A DNA stretch of 64,000 bases from Sphyrna mokarran (lineage: Eukaryota). The notes under the pieces are model-generated. The model had not been told where the DNA came from and did not search any database. It saw only the letters and a list, made by a program, of their open reading frames with translations. This document shows positions 1 to 12,383 of the stretch, in pieces. The first letter of the stretch is position 1. Every line of letters begins with the position of its first letter. The stretch is from contig JAGIQG010000024.1 of NCBI GenBank assembly GCA_024679065.1, positions 18,910,001 to 18,974,000 on the forward strand, written 5' to 3'. The position numbers were made by a program, and so were the translations under genes.

Positions 1-47
1 CCTGATAGCTTTGCATAATCGACTGTAAGTTTATGTTAAATAAACAG

Positions 48-188
48 ATGGCACGGTCATTTGGTGCATTGGCCATGTTAAATTCTCCCTCAGTGTACCT
101 GAACAGGGTATGGTGACTAGGGGATTTTCACAGTGACTTCATTGCAGCGTTAATGTAAGCCTACTTGTGATACTCTTAAATAAATTTT
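48..188 (+). mobile_element. HE1-type SINE, internally deleted, tail type B
   Basis: GGCACGGT head stub joined to TTGGCCATGTTAAATTCTCCCTCAGTGTACC...GTTAATGTAAGCCTACTTGTGA, the same tail as the full copy at 3870. Confidence 0.85.
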
Positions 189-294
189 AATGTTTCAACG
201 TGGGGAAAGTGCATTTGCCTGATTAGACCCTGCTAGACATATAAAATAAAAAGCAATCCTTTCAACAGAAATGAAATAGTTTGCACTTAAATAG

Positions 295-470
295 CTCTCA
301 TGACCTCAGGATGTCGCAAATGCTTTAAAGTCAGTGATGTAGTTTTCTTAGTCACCCTTATAGTGCAGAGGACATGGCAGCCCATCTGTACACAGCAAGA
401 TCCCACAAACAGCAATGAGATAAATGGCCAGGTCATCTGTTTTAGTAATGTTAGTCCACAGGAATATCTT
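295..470 (-). mobile_element. Deu-domain SINE (SacSINE1/AmnSINE1-like), 3' half
   Basis: Reverse complement reads CATTGCTGTTTGTGGGATCTTGCTGTGTACAGATGGGCTGCC...GTGACT...AAAGCATTTGCGACATCCTGAGGTCATGA; homologous to copies at 24310 and 28750. Confidence 0.75.
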
Positions 471-744
471 GGCCTCTACTGGTTCAGAATTTAGTTGCTG
501 GTAGATTGCTCCACAGGGGAGTCAATGCTGATTCTCGCTGAATCTGCTCAAGCTTCTGGTTATAATTGCAGCTCAGGTGCTGATGATATCATTGGAACAA
601 TTTATACATTTGAAGCCAGATCCAGATCCCTTCCTGGGGAGCGTCCTGCTCAGCCACACAAAAATATCAGGATATGGTGGGGAGGAAGAAAGTGACTCTA
701 CTGCTGTCCCTGCACTCAGTTTCTATCAGACAAGGACAGTTAAA

Positions 745-1080
745 AGGGGGCCTTGAGTACAAAAAGGAAGGCAGATACGCTAAACCTTTGAAAATCAGAT
801 CTCAGGAGCAGATTTGGGGAACTACACTTCAGGGAGTGTGTCAAGGCCATAGAGAGGAAGCAAAAAAGATTTTTACCACCAGGGATGAAGGACTCCGCTT
901 ATGTGGAGAGGTTAATGTTCTGCTTGGAAAAGTGAAGACTGAGGGGAGATTAAATGGATGTCTTCAAAAATGTAAAGTAAATAACAAAAAACCTGGCAAG
1001 TGAATCAATAACCGGAGGATATACATTTAAGGCAATTGACAAAAAGAATTGGGGGGGATAAAATCATAAATTCCTTTACT
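745..1080 (+). mobile_element. Old CR1 LINE ORF2 3' fragment
   Basis: Degenerate similarity to the 3' end of the intact CR1 at 44040-44440 (e.g. GACTGAGGGGAGATTAAAT, GGATATACATTTAAGG). Confidence 0.6.
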
Positions 1081-1707
1081 TAATAATTAAGATGGACATT
1101 TTCATGGTTAATTAAGCAACAGCACAGCAACCCCACTATAGAAATCCTAACATCAGTTTTAATGCAAAAGGACCATCGCTCTATTGCATCTTAACTTTCA
1201 AGAATTTGAAACCTTTATAACTTCAGTCTGTATCCAGATATACAGAACTCAGCTACAAAGACACTATAACTGACAGGCTCTGAGTATCAGCTCAAATGAT
1301 GAGAAGACAGGAACTAAACCCAGAGCTATTTGATCAAGCAGCAATGCGCTCCAAGTCAACCATGGTGACATTGAAATACCCCAGTCAACTATGCATTTGA
1401 AGGATAGACCAATATTTATGTTGTAGTTTGATCAGTACATGATATTGTATGTTTCTAACACAATCATTGCATGATTTGTAGCTTAATCAAGCTTTAATAT
1501 TTTGATTTCTACTTGATGTTTATGATAATTGAATAGGGCTTTTCTCATACCATTCATTATTATCTGCAACATGGGAGAACACCAAATGATGCATCATGAT
1601 GAGCAGTGCTGTAAACTAACGGGACCCACTGAAAGAATGTGGAAGCACAATGCCATAAATCTTGAAGTATTAGTCTTTCAGATTGTGTTGTTTTTGAGTT
1701 GGTATTC

Positions 1708-2000
1708 CAACCTTGCATTTATGTAGCACCTTTAATAGAGCAAAATGTTCCTAGGTATTTGACAAGTGCCAAGTGCCATCATTTGGTGCCAAACCACATA
1801 AGGAATTATTAAAAGAGATGAGCAAAGAGGTAGAAACACCTTAAAGAAGCATAAGGCAGAGAAGTTTAAGGAGGGAATTCCAGTAATAAAAGCTTAGGTA
1901 ATTGAAATCACTGGTTGCCAAATTATGGAGTGACTAAAATAGGGAATGCAGAGGAGGCTAGAATTGGACGATCACAAAGATCTCAGAGGATTGTAAGACT
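1708..2000 (-). mobile_element. L2-clade LINE 3' end
   Basis: CTTGCATTTATGTAGCACCTTT tail and GGAGGGAATTCCAG motif typical of L2 3' ends; tail shared with the Deu-SINEs. Confidence 0.6.
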
Positions 2001-2099
2001 GGCGAAGGATAAAGATGACATGGTGTTGGACTGGGGTAAACACAGTGGGGGGATCTGGGGATTATTTGGAGGGAAGATGTTAGATGACTTTAAACACAC

Positions 2100-2345
2100 A
2101 GCCTTGCTGCCTGGATGAGATCATTCATCACTGCCGCACTGCTTCCAAGTTCTCCTGGAGAGTACCCTGGCACTAACACATGCTGTCACACCTCCCAGGC
2201 TGCGTTTCCATCTCTTCCCTGGGATAGCATCCTGCTGGGAGGGGAGAGAGTGTCCCACCTTGCCTCCACTGCCTCCAGCAACTTGGAGAGATCTGCATTT
2301 GAAAAGCAGAAAGCTGTCTTCCTGGAGGTCATTTCTTCCTGCACT
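2100..2345 (-). pseudogene. Myb/SANT-like DNA-binding protein relic of a PIF/Harbinger transposon (element ~2000-2930)
   Basis: Translation FSNADLSKLLEAVEARWDTL...AAWEV then, frameshifted, TACVSARVLSRRTWKQC matches the Myb_DNA-bind_5 pattern; TIR-like end GGAAACTCTACC near 2925. Confidence 0.8.
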
Positions 2346-3869
2346 GCCTGTTTGTCTGTCCACCCTTGGGGTTTTTGGAGCTGTCCCTTGTTGGAGCAGA
2401 AAGTTGCAGGGAGTTTGGGTGAGTTATGTGCCCGATAGAACATTCCAGCGAGTTTAATGCAGTTTGCCTTGTTACCATGGAGGGGAAGTCAAGTCAATAC
2501 CCTGCAGGTGTGCTGATGAAGTAGAGGGGATTGGGGTTTGTGCCTCTGTGAATGTCAGGGGGCAGGGGGGAGAGAGGTTCATGTTACTCAGCCATCGGGG
2601 CCAAGGGGTGATCAGGAACTATGTGCAAAGGCATCCAATAGGGGGTGGAAGGATATAAAGGGGTCAGTAATATTGAGGAGGGTCCTGATGTTCGTGGCAG
2701 GGGGAGGAAGAGACTCTAGCTGGCCCGGGGATGTTCTGTCAGGAGAGCGACTTTTTCTTCACTTTTCCTGCCCGTGAGTAGTTTGTAGCTCTGATCTGAG
2801 CTGCTGGCTGACTGGCAAATTAAACCCCACCTCAAGTGGCTAAAAACAGACTAGCTCACTTTTTCAAACACTGAATGCACATGATTGGGTGTGAAAACTC
2901 ACCCAAAAAACAGGTCAGGAAACTCTACCGTTTTCACAGTAGCTGGACACTTGGCAAAACATCTTGTAAAATTCTTCCCAAAGTGTCAAATAGGAAATGC
3001 TAAAAAGAAAAGAGTCATTGACCTGAAAGGTCTCCCTCCATATATACTGCTAAATGTTAAGTGTTTCCAGCAATTTCTGTTGTTATTAATGCTGCAGTGC
3101 AGTAAGATGAGGGCCTCCAGCAGAAGACACTCCTGCAAATGCTGAATGGGCATGTGCCCTGAGACGCTGTGTGATTTGACTGGCCAGCCAGACAATCTCC
3201 TGGCATTGTGAATATGCAGGAGTCCAGCTCTGTTAGCATGAACGAGTTCAGAAGAATCACTCCACACTCTCCAGTCTGTTCCAATCATCAAACAGCTTAC
3301 TGAACTTTCATGCCAGTGTGGAGAAATCCCAGGAAAAGCCCAAATGCAACTCCACTGAGGCAAAGAAAACCATCAGCTTTTATACAGTTACTCAACCCAC
3401 TTCGACCGGACACAATCCAATCATAAAGGCTATTGATTACGTACGTTATCCCCTGATCCAGTTGGAGTAGCAGTTAGTCTAATAGGGGTGTCTGAATGAT
3501 GAACAGTTATCCCTGGCACGTTGGTGACACATTCAATTTGTCATTTAAGGCCTTGGATTGGATTAATGGGTACCTCTGCTAAGCCATTCATTATCTCCTC
3601 TTGGTTCTGTCCCTGGCTTAGTCTTGAACATTTAACTATGAATTCTCTCCTTCTAGTTAGGATGGCTTTATCTCTTCGCCTAGTCATGTAACAAAAACAT
3701 TTTCTGAGAACTACATCCTCCCTATGTTTCCTGAGAGGCGTTCCTGATAGGAATGCAAGTTGGGTGAAATATACCATCCTGCTTCTACTAGACTGAAGCA
3801 ACAAAGTTGTGCCATCTTCTCTGACCTTATCAAGTTGTATCCTCCAGTTAGGACACACATGTGTTGTGA

Positions 3870-4166
3870 GGCAGCACAGTGGTACAGTGGTTAGCACTGC
3901 TGCCTCACAGCGCCAGGGATTTAGGTTCAATTCCTAGCTCGGGTCATTGACTGTGTGGAGTCTGCACGTTCTCCCTGTATCTATGTGGGTTTCTTCTTGG
4001 TGCTCCAGTTTCCTCCCACAATCCAAAAGATGTGCTGGTTAAGTCGATTGGCCATGTTAAATTCTCTGTCGATGTACCTGAACAGGAGACCGTGTGTGGC
4101 AACTGTGTTCACAGTAACTTCATTGCAGTGTTAATGTAAGTCTACTTGTGACACTAATAAATAAAC
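3870..4166 (+). mobile_element. HE1-type V-SINE, full length, tail type B
   Basis: tRNA-like head with A box (TGGTACAGTGG) and B box (GGTTCAATTCC), V-domain GGGTTTC...CCAGTTTCCTCCCACA, tail ending TGTGACACTAATAAATAAAC. Confidence 0.95.
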
Positions 4167-4482
4167 ATGCTTGTTGGGAGATTTTGGCTTAACTCTGTGA
4201 TTGTTCTATCATTGTGTTTTGATATATTCATCAGGGGCCCCTACTGATCATGTAGTTAGACCCAGCTTGACCATATAGCCACTCACTATGGTATTAGGTT
4301 GTTTTAACACTGCAGTTTTTGTCAAACAGTTCAAGGTATTTATATTGTTTGATATAGCAGCTAGTCATCCTCCAGTGTTTCACGTACACATTCTGGAGGA
4401 TTTCATGGTAGTACATTCAATATACTTATGCATAAAGACATCCAAACTTTCTGTACATATACTTATCATGCTGCAGGTGGGG

Positions 4483-4803
4483 AATCATAGAATCCCTACA
4501 GTGCAGAAAGAGGCCACTCAGCCCATCGAGCCTGTACCAAACAACAATCCCACCCAGGTCCTCTCCTCATAACCTCATGCATACACCCTGCTAATCCCCT
4601 GACACTGAAGGACAATTTAGCATGGCCAATCAGCCTAACCCACACATCTTTGAATTGTGGGAGGAAACCGGAGCACCCGGAGGAAACCCACACAGACACA
4701 GGGAGAGTGTACAAACTCTGCATAGGCAAACACCCAAGGCCGGAATTGAACCCAGATCCCTGGCACTTTGAGGCAACAGTACTAACCATAGTGCCACCAT
4801 GCC
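4483..4803 (-). mobile_element. HE1 SINE, full length, CR1-type tail A
   Basis: Reverse-strand head and V-domain; tail ...GATGGGCTGAGTGGCCTCTTTCTGCACTGTAGGGATTCTATGATT. Confidence 0.95.
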
Positions 4804-5374
4804 ATCTCTTTTCTCTTTCTTGCGTCAGAGTATTAGTTAATTTGCCCTTGCATAATATTCAGTGAATTTTGGGAGCAATGTTAGTTAACAGAAAAAAACC
4901 CTTGACCCAGCCATTATTTTAAATTGTGAGCTCCGATTTTGATTTGTAAATCAGGGAAGAGCACAAATGCAGTGCCACTTTTCCACACTAACTAGCTGCA
5001 ACTTAGCCAAAGGATTTGATGCTGGGTTTGCCCTTCCCGTGTCTAATCTTCAGCTTCCTAGATAGGCTGCAGACCCAGGATCCCAGCCCCAAACCCATTG
5101 CACCCTTTCCAGCACAGACCATCCACCCCTCAGCAATCCCTTTGAGAATATGGCAACATTTATCGGCATCAAGTCTGCATTGATATTAATATTAATGAAT
5201 GCACCAAAACACTGGATTACTTAGATGCTTTGCAAAAGAAAAGGTTCCTGAAAATTATTGTACCTGGAATTAGCAACTCTGGTCTTTTAATTAATGTAAA
5301 GGTAGGGCCTGACCTCCAGCTACATGATTCTTTGTTCATGAGTAAGTAGTGCAACTAAATTCGAGATGCCTTAT

Positions 5375-6065
5375 AGTCATTCTACTTTCCTCTCTGTCCT
5401 CCAAAACCCTTAATGATTTTGATAATCAAAGATCTGTCTAACTCAGGCTTGAATGTATTCAATAAACAAGTGATTGTTATTATCGGTGTAGACTCAATGG
5501 GCCGAAAGGAATTTTCTATGCTGTAGAACTACAGTTGTTGTCTACAACTCTATTAGTAAGGTTTCATTATTCTCTGGAGAACCATCTTCTGAGAGAAAAT
5601 GTTTCTCCTTCTCTCAGTCTTAAAGAGGAAATTCCTATTTTAAACTGTACCCTGTAGTTCTGGACCGACCCACAAGAGAAAACATCCCCTCAGAATCTAT
5701 TCTGTCAAGGCGCCTCAGGATTTTACATATTTCACCTTTCATTCTAACAATGGGTGTGAACTTAACTTGCTCAGTTTCAATCCATAATCTGTTAATAGAA
5801 CCTTCTCAGAACACACTCTCATTTAATTGCATTATTTCTTAAGTAAGGAGATCAAAACTGTACACAGCGTTCTGGATGCAGTCTCACTCAGGATCTGGAG
5901 AAATCGAGCAAACTTCCTTACTGTTATACTCAGTTTCTTTTGCAATAATTGTCAACAGTCCATTCTGCCTTCCTAATCACTTGCTCTCCCTGATACCTAG
6001 ATTCCTCTGTATCATAGAGTTCAGCAGTCTTTCTTTATTTAAATAACAAACTGCTTTTCTATTAT
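5375..6065 (-). mobile_element. CR1 LINE 3' fragment containing a short HE1/CR1 tail piece (~5470-5530)
   Basis: Reverse complement of CR1 ORF2 end (AAGTAAGGAGATCAAAACTGTACACAG = QFWSP motif) plus 3' UTR. Confidence 0.8.
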
Positions 6066-6139
6066 CTATGTGAAGATTGAATCATAGAATTCTAAAGCAA
6101 AGAAGACCATTTAGCCTGTTACCCCTATGCAGGTCTTTG

Positions 6140-6390
6140 AAGGACACCGTGGTTAGCACTGTTGCCTCACAACATTGTGGACCCAGGTTCAATTGGGTCA
6201 CTGTCTGTGATGAGCCTGCACATTCTCCTCGGTTTCCTCTCACAATCCAAAAGACATCTGGGTTAGGTGCATTGACTGTACTAAATTCTCCTTCAGTGTA
6301 CTCGAACATGTGCCAGAGTATTGTTACCTATATTTCACAGGTAACTTCATCGCAGTGTTAACGTAAACTTACTTGTGATACTGATAATTT
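6140..6390 (+). mobile_element. HE1 SINE, tail type B
   Basis: GTGGTTAGCACTGTTGCCTCAC head and AAATTCTCCTTCAGTGTAC...CTTACTTGTGATACT tail. Confidence 0.9.
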
Positions 6391-7098
6391 TTGCCCAGTT
6401 TAATCCCTTTGTCCCATATTCCTGCAAATTGATCCTCTTGAAGTGTATTCCTTTGGGATCAATGTTCCCAGATTAATTTATTTAAGGACTGGACCAGTTA
6501 GGTTTGGATCCCTCTGGGCTCCTCAGCTCAGGCCAATTACTTGGAGTCCTCCCCACAGGAAAAAACATCTGGTTCCTTATAATGTCCTCCACCTGCTCAC
6601 TAAAACACTAGATCATTTTGCCTGCCTTTGTCTTTGTCTCATCTAATTCCAAACAAAAGTTTATCCATCTTTCTCCACCTTACCATTCAAATATTCCATG
6701 TCCTGGCATTACATCAAAATGATTCAATACATGCCCACCTAAGAGGCTATATTGCCTCTCAGTAGTTGGCGTTTATGTCTTGTTTCATCTGCTGTGACTG
6801 TTCTCCTTAATGCTGCTGTATTGTACAATGTTGTCGTAGATCAATGTAGATTAAGAGAAAATAACAAATGAAATATGCTGGCAATGTTCAGGTGAGTGTG
6901 CAGCAGTTATTTGTTCCAATGTTTTACCAACATTCGAGTGCATTTCAAGATGTTGGACATGACATCCAGGACTATTCCAGTTGAGAGTCAGCAGTGAGGT
7001 AGATACATGGATCCAATTTCCAGATAAATTATCCTGTTGATTTTCAGAATATGTGCTGAAGAAACACGTTGAACCCTTCGAGCTATCAAAAACATCAA

Positions 7099-7274
7099 GG
7101 GTGGAATTTTCCTATCCGTCCAGCCAGTGAGATTCCCAAGCAGTAGGATGAACAAACCATGCAAAGCAGCTTAAACATCAGAGGGACGGGACGATCCCGC
7201 CAGCATTCAATGGGGAGCTACCTCCACTACCAGAAAACACACCACAGTAGGACAAAGGGCAGAAAACTCTGCCC
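7099..7274. mobile_element. Harbinger-type MITE
   Basis: TIRs GGGTGGAATTTTC ... GAAAACTCTGCCC flanked by a 3-bp CAA duplication. Confidence 0.75.
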
Positions 7275-7394
7275 CAAGCCTATGAAGGATATAAGAGATT
7301 TATTTGATTCAGATGTCCTTAATGTACAAAAGCAATAATTTTTTTTTTAATTCTCTGAATTTAATAAACTGCATCACTGGCAAAGGAACTGGGG

Positions 7395-7700
7395 TGAACA
7401 TAAAGAAATAGGGATAGGATTGGCGATTTGACCGCTTGAGTCTGCTCCGCCACTTAGTGAGATCATAACTGATATGATCTTGGCCTCAACTGCACTTTCC
7501 TGCCTATTCCTCATTATACTGGACTTCCCTGTAGCTCAAGAATCTGAGTATCTATGCTTTCAATATATCCAAAAGTTTAGCCTTTGGTCTCTGGGGAAGG
7601 GAGCTTCATAGACTTGCAACATTTAAGAGAAGAAATTCATCCTTATTTCCATTTTAACTGCTTATATAGAAATTACCTTGTCCAATGCTAGATTCCACAT
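7395..7700 (-). mobile_element. CR1 LINE 3' end
   Basis: GAACATAAAGAAATAGG...TTGAGTCTGCTCCGCC, same family as the 3' end at 57835. Confidence 0.8.
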
Positions 7701-8330
7701 GTTAGATCAGAAACTCCGAGGTATTTTGTGAAGTTAGCCTGCATCCTAACTTTTCCTTTTGATTTTGGCATTATTGCGAAAATAAGATATTTCACTCCAG
7801 TTGTGGTTCAATTGGCCCAGTAAGGAGCTTTTAACAAAACAAACATTAATTAAGAACACAGTTAGAATATAACAAAAGAAATACCATAATTTTTATCAAT
7901 TTAAATACATAAGTATGACAAGTTATAATTTTTAACAGCTATCCATATCTATTGTTCAAATTTAAGCAAAATTTCTATAAACATAAATTCTTTCTTTGAA
8001 TCAGCACAAAGACAGATGTGGAAGGTAGATTTCCAGCCTTTTAACACATCTGGACAGAGATCGAGACAGATATATTTCTTCCAACTCTTATATAACCCCT
8101 ACCAGTCAAACATTCACCCCCAAACAGCAGAATCTCAAAGAGACCTGTTTCCTGGCAGATTCCAGATTCCAGCTCCAGGGAAGGAAGGGGTGGCACTGCC
8201 CTCTGACAATTCCAAGGAGTACCAAAGCTTGATTTCTCTGTGTAAGCCTAGATGCACCCAGTCTGCCGATATTACTGTCAATCCACCCAATTAAGTCCTA
8301 CTCTGCAAAACTCCAAGGGAAATTAAAAAC
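7700..8330. repeat. Dispersed LTR-like repeat, homologous to 54680-55400
   Basis: Both begin TCAGAAACTCC and share TTTCACT(C/T)CAGTT, GGAGCTTTTA.CAAA and TTATCAATT blocks. Confidence 0.55.
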
Positions 8331-8859
8331 AGCAGAACAGCATTAGACCAGATTAAAACAGCATTTTAACCATTAGAATAGATAGAAATTGGATGAATAT
8401 TTAAAGGGGAAAATTATGCAGGGTTGTGAACACTCTTATTTCAGCTCTTTATGTCTTTATCAACTCTTTCAGGTAGCTGCCACTAATGTGGCAGGCTTCA
8501 AGGTTTTGTGATCAACTATTATCAGCAGCCAAGAACAAACAACTGAACTCAAATTATTATCCTCCCTTTGTTCTAGTAACCTCCACACCCTCTGCCCCAT
8601 GCCCCATGCAAACATTGTACCGCCCTTTAAAACAGAAAATGCTGCATTCACTTCCGAAAGGATAAAGAATTTTTGCTGTGGGTTCTTATCCACAAGGATT
8701 TCAAGAGCAATCCTCAGAATTTTATTTTATTTGTGACCCTAGATAATGAATATATTACTATGTTTCAGGCCACAGCCAAAGATATCAAAACTGTGTGGAA
8801 CATGAACACCAGCAAAGATGATTTTGACAGGCTGACCTGTTTCCAGGCTGTATAATCAA

Positions 8860-9190
8860 TGATCTCAATGTAAAATCATGAAAGGTTTTCATAGTGTGAG
8901 TAAGGAGAAATTGTTGCCAACATCAGAGGGCACAGACTTCAACAGATGGTAAAAGAACTAGAAGAGACATGAGGGAACATTTTCTTTTTATGCAGTGATC
9001 TGGAATGTTCTGCCTGAAATGTTGGAGCAAGAAAATAAATAGTCACGTTCAAAAGAGAATTGAATATGTACCTGAAGAGGAAAGAAAAGTTACAAAGCTG
9101 TTTTCAAGAAATCAGGGGAGTGGGAATAATTCCACCAAAATGCAAACAGAGGTATGATGAGCCAAATGGTCTCGTTATGTACTGTATTGG
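8860..9190 (+). mobile_element. CR1 LINE 3' end
   Basis: AAAATCATGAAAGGTTTT...AGAGGGCACAGA...TGGAATGTTCTGCCTG...ATGAGCCAAATGGTCT. Confidence 0.8.
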
Positions 9191-9196
9191 TTTACA

Positions 9197-9410
9197 GCGG
9201 CACAGTGGTTAGCACTACTGCCTCACAGCGCCTGGGTCCTAGGTCCAATTCCAGCCTCAGATCACCATCTGAGTGGAATCTGCACATTCTCCCAGTGTCT
9301 GCATGGGTTTCCTCCGGGTGCTCTGGTTTTCTCCCACAGACCAAAGATGTGTGGGTTAGGCTGATTAGCCATGCTAAATTGACCATAGTGCTAGGGAATT
9401 ATCATGGCAG
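9197..9410 (+). mobile_element. HE1 SINE, 3'-truncated
   Basis: GCGGCACAGTGGTTAGCAC head and V-domain. Confidence 0.9.
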
Positions 9411-9419
9411 GTGAGATGG

Positions 9420-9535
9420 GAAAATTCCCCCCAGGATGTTTTGGATGTGTAGGGTACTTGATTACACTGGCTGCTTTCCAGAGACAGCAGGTATGTAGAC
9501 AGTGCCAAAGAATGGGAGGCTAGTCTGCGTGATAT
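9420..9535 (-). mobile_element. Rex1/Babar LINE fragment
   Basis: Reverse complement matches 22330-22430 of the Rex1-like copy (CTAGCCTCCCA...CTACATACC...AAAGCAGCCAG). Confidence 0.65.
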
Positions 9536-10172
9536 TGACCTCCATCTATCTATTTCTCTCAATTTCCCTCAGCACTCTTTATCAATCTATCTATATTTTC
9601 CTGATGTTTTAAGCGCTATCAATAGACTCTGCCCAAGTTGTTAACCTGTCTCGTCAATCTACACACGCTGACTGACCTGCTTGATTAATCCAACATTTTC
9701 CATTTTGATTTCTCAGGATGAACTTGCCTCTGGTGAGTTCTGATGATCATTAAATATTCAGCATGTATTGATTTTATCTGAAAAGCACAGAAGATGCAAA
9801 TTCAATTGTTAACATTTATGAGTCCTGTACTGTGCTAGAAAGAGCTCATCTACTTATATTTCCAGCAAACCAAAGCGGCTCAAATCCTTTGGGACTTAAC
9901 AGACTGACAAAATATGTAATGAACCCACAAATTTTCATTTTCTTTCATGCTGAAAAAAACAAGGGCAGTCTAATGTTCTACCTCTGTTAACATCCTGCAA
10001 TAAATAAGATTTGCCTGCACATGCTATGCAGAGAACCTCATTAAGTATTGTCAGGTTGTAAAACATTGCAATCCTCTATCGTCACTCCTGAGAAGATACT
10101 GACTAGTCAATTTATTCATGATTTCTGTCCTGCCTGCTCCTGTTCTGTTGGAAGTGGATAACACTCAAACAT

Positions 10173-10889
10173 GGGCTGCGATTCTCCCAAAAAAATTCTA
10201 AGTGCCGAATTCACGATAAATCACGATTGTATTTTCCATGGAGTTCACACTAGAATCTCCCACACTCTGCACTGCAGAGGTCACAATCGTGAATATCATT
10301 AAATTTCCAGGGCCAGGAGGCCAGAAAGCTGAAACCAGCAGGATTCTGTGCATGCACAGTGGCCCCATACTGCCCAGTGATCAAGACCATGACCCCTCCT
10401 GCAGTGCTGCCCATCCACCCCTCTCCCACAATTGTGGTCCTCCTGTCCATTCGCAGGCCAGCCCCTATCTCTCCCCATCCTGGATTGCCCTTGGGCATGG
10501 ACGCTTTACCCTTGTGCGCACTGGCTGGCACTACAACAGTGCTCATGCCCAGGGGCACTACCCCACCGCCCAACTCCCTGGACAGCTGCGATTGCCCCCC
10601 TTCACTTCAGTGGGATTATCCTTATAGTTCCCTGAAAGTGGAGAGCCTGTTTGAACCCCGCTGGAATAAAATACTCCTGACGGGGTGGGAGATGCTAGGG
10701 GGCCTGGAGAATTCTGCCCCAGGGGTAGTAATCACTTTAAAAAGAAATGTAAAGTATCTTAAAATGACTTACCTGGTTTTCCCGTTGGTTTCTAGCATGT
10801 TTCTGTCAGCGGCAGATATCCAGTGCTGGAAGATGCATGGGGAACGCATGCGCGTGGAGACATAATGAGGAGGATGGGAGAATCGCCCA
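10173..10889. mobile_element. Non-autonomous Harbinger-type DNA transposon
   Basis: TIRs GGGCTGCGATTCTCCC ... GGGAGAATCGCCC with a CAT duplication; GC-rich non-coding interior. Confidence 0.75.
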
Positions 10890-10914
10890 CATGATGTCCC
10901 CACCTTACCTATAT

Positions 10915-11117
10915 GCTACTACTCTGCACATTCTCCCCATGTCCAGCATGGATTTTCTCCGGGTGCTCTGGTTTCCTCTCACAGTCTGAAAGATGTGCAC
11001 CAGGTGCATTGGCCATGCTAAATTCTCCCTCAGTGAATCCGAACAGGTGTTATTTTCACAGTAACTTCTTTGCAGCATTAGTATAAAGCTACTTGTGAAT
11101 AAATAAACTTTAAACTT
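10915..11117 (+). mobile_element. HE1 SINE, 5'-truncated, tail type B
   Basis: V-domain plus AAATTCTCCCTCAGTG...CTACTTGTGAATAAATAAACTTTAAACTTT. Confidence 0.9.
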
Positions 11118-12383
11118 TAAAACTAGTGTTTGGCCAAGCAACTCCAACAATGCTGACATTCTCTTTGCCCCCATTGGCTGAATCTGTATTCTGCAAGCAG
11201 CTCTGAAGCATTATTCTGAGGTCATTTGGGGCAGTTGGCTTGGTCCTCTTAAAAGCAGGCTTCCCTCTTACAGGGAGGTTACACTGAATAGCATTACTGT
11301 CATTTAAAAGATGAAAATGCAACACTAGGGCAGTGAACTCTTTGGTGATGGTGCATTGTTGGAGGCATTAGTAGAAGTGGCCAGGAGATAAGATGCCTTG
11401 ATTCTACAGTAGCCAGGAAACCTTCAAGGGCCACCCTCAGAAGAGAGTTGGAGAAGCTAGCCATTATTACCTGAAGCGGCATGCCAGGCCTAGGAGACTA
11501 TTCCTAGAAGACTATTAAGGTCTAATAAGGTCACAAGGACAACCAAGTTCAGTGAATAGATCTTCATGGCAACATCCTATAGTACCAACAACTCACAACA
11601 CCACTCGCCAATCCCTCATACAACAGCACTTTCTGCCACTCAGGAATCAAGCCCAGCATTCATACGCTCCATTCCACCCTCACCATAGTTCTGACAGTCT
11701 GGTCTATAGGCCAACACAATGTGGCTGCCATTTAACCCTTTCAGGAGTGGCCCGGCAAGCCACTTTGTATTAAACTCACTTCAGAAAGACCAAAAGGGAA
11801 TGAAATCAACACAATTGATCTGCAAAGGTCTACTTTTTAATGGCTGGGGGCTCTTGACACCAATAGGTAACAAAGATACCTGCATCTCCTGATCCCCGTG
11901 GGAGGAGATAGCTCTCGAGAGCCAACTGAAATAGACTCTCTGATATTCAGTATTGCTGAGAACATTGAAGATAAAGCCATCCTTTTTCCACTTCACTGTT
12001 CCCAGCACAATCCTTCACTATCCAGCATAATGAGTTGATGGTATGGAATGGACCTCTTTCTTCTCATCACAACCACCATTGCTTACATTAGTCTCCACCT
12101 TCTGAGTTTGCTTTTATACATCCAAAACCAACCAGTGGCACAGCCACTAAAGCACGAGAGAAAGAGGGAAAGAGAGAAAAACAAGAAACATTAATAAAGT
12201 GATCTTGTCACTTGCTCACTCAGAAACTGGTACAGTACCTACTTTATTGGTGAGTATAGAATTGGCATCAGCAAGTAGTGAACCAACTGGATGTTGGTGG
12301 GCTATCATCAGACCAGACAGATGGACATATTGTTTTCAGTTCACCAGAGGATGAAGTCACAGATATGTTCTTTCAGAAAGCGC

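Noticed and set aside
1551-1628. 78-nt minus-strand segment with good acceptor (TTCTTTCAG) and donor (GTATGA)
   Set aside because: Stop codons in all three frames; a non-coding exon cannot be supported without RNA data.
3541-4865. Recurrent ORFs with words like CGRKPEHPEETH or VVSTAASQ (also at 9.2, 15, 28, 31.4 and 53 kb)
   Set aside because: Translations of HE1 SINE sequence, not a gene family.
9717-9732. 16-nt micro-exon (TTCTCAG...GTGAGT)
   Set aside because: The acceptor lies at the end of a Penelope-type repeat; no supporting context.
10238-10865. Overlapping 107-168 aa ORFs
   Set aside because: They lie in the GC-rich interior of a non-autonomous transposon and show no domain motifs.
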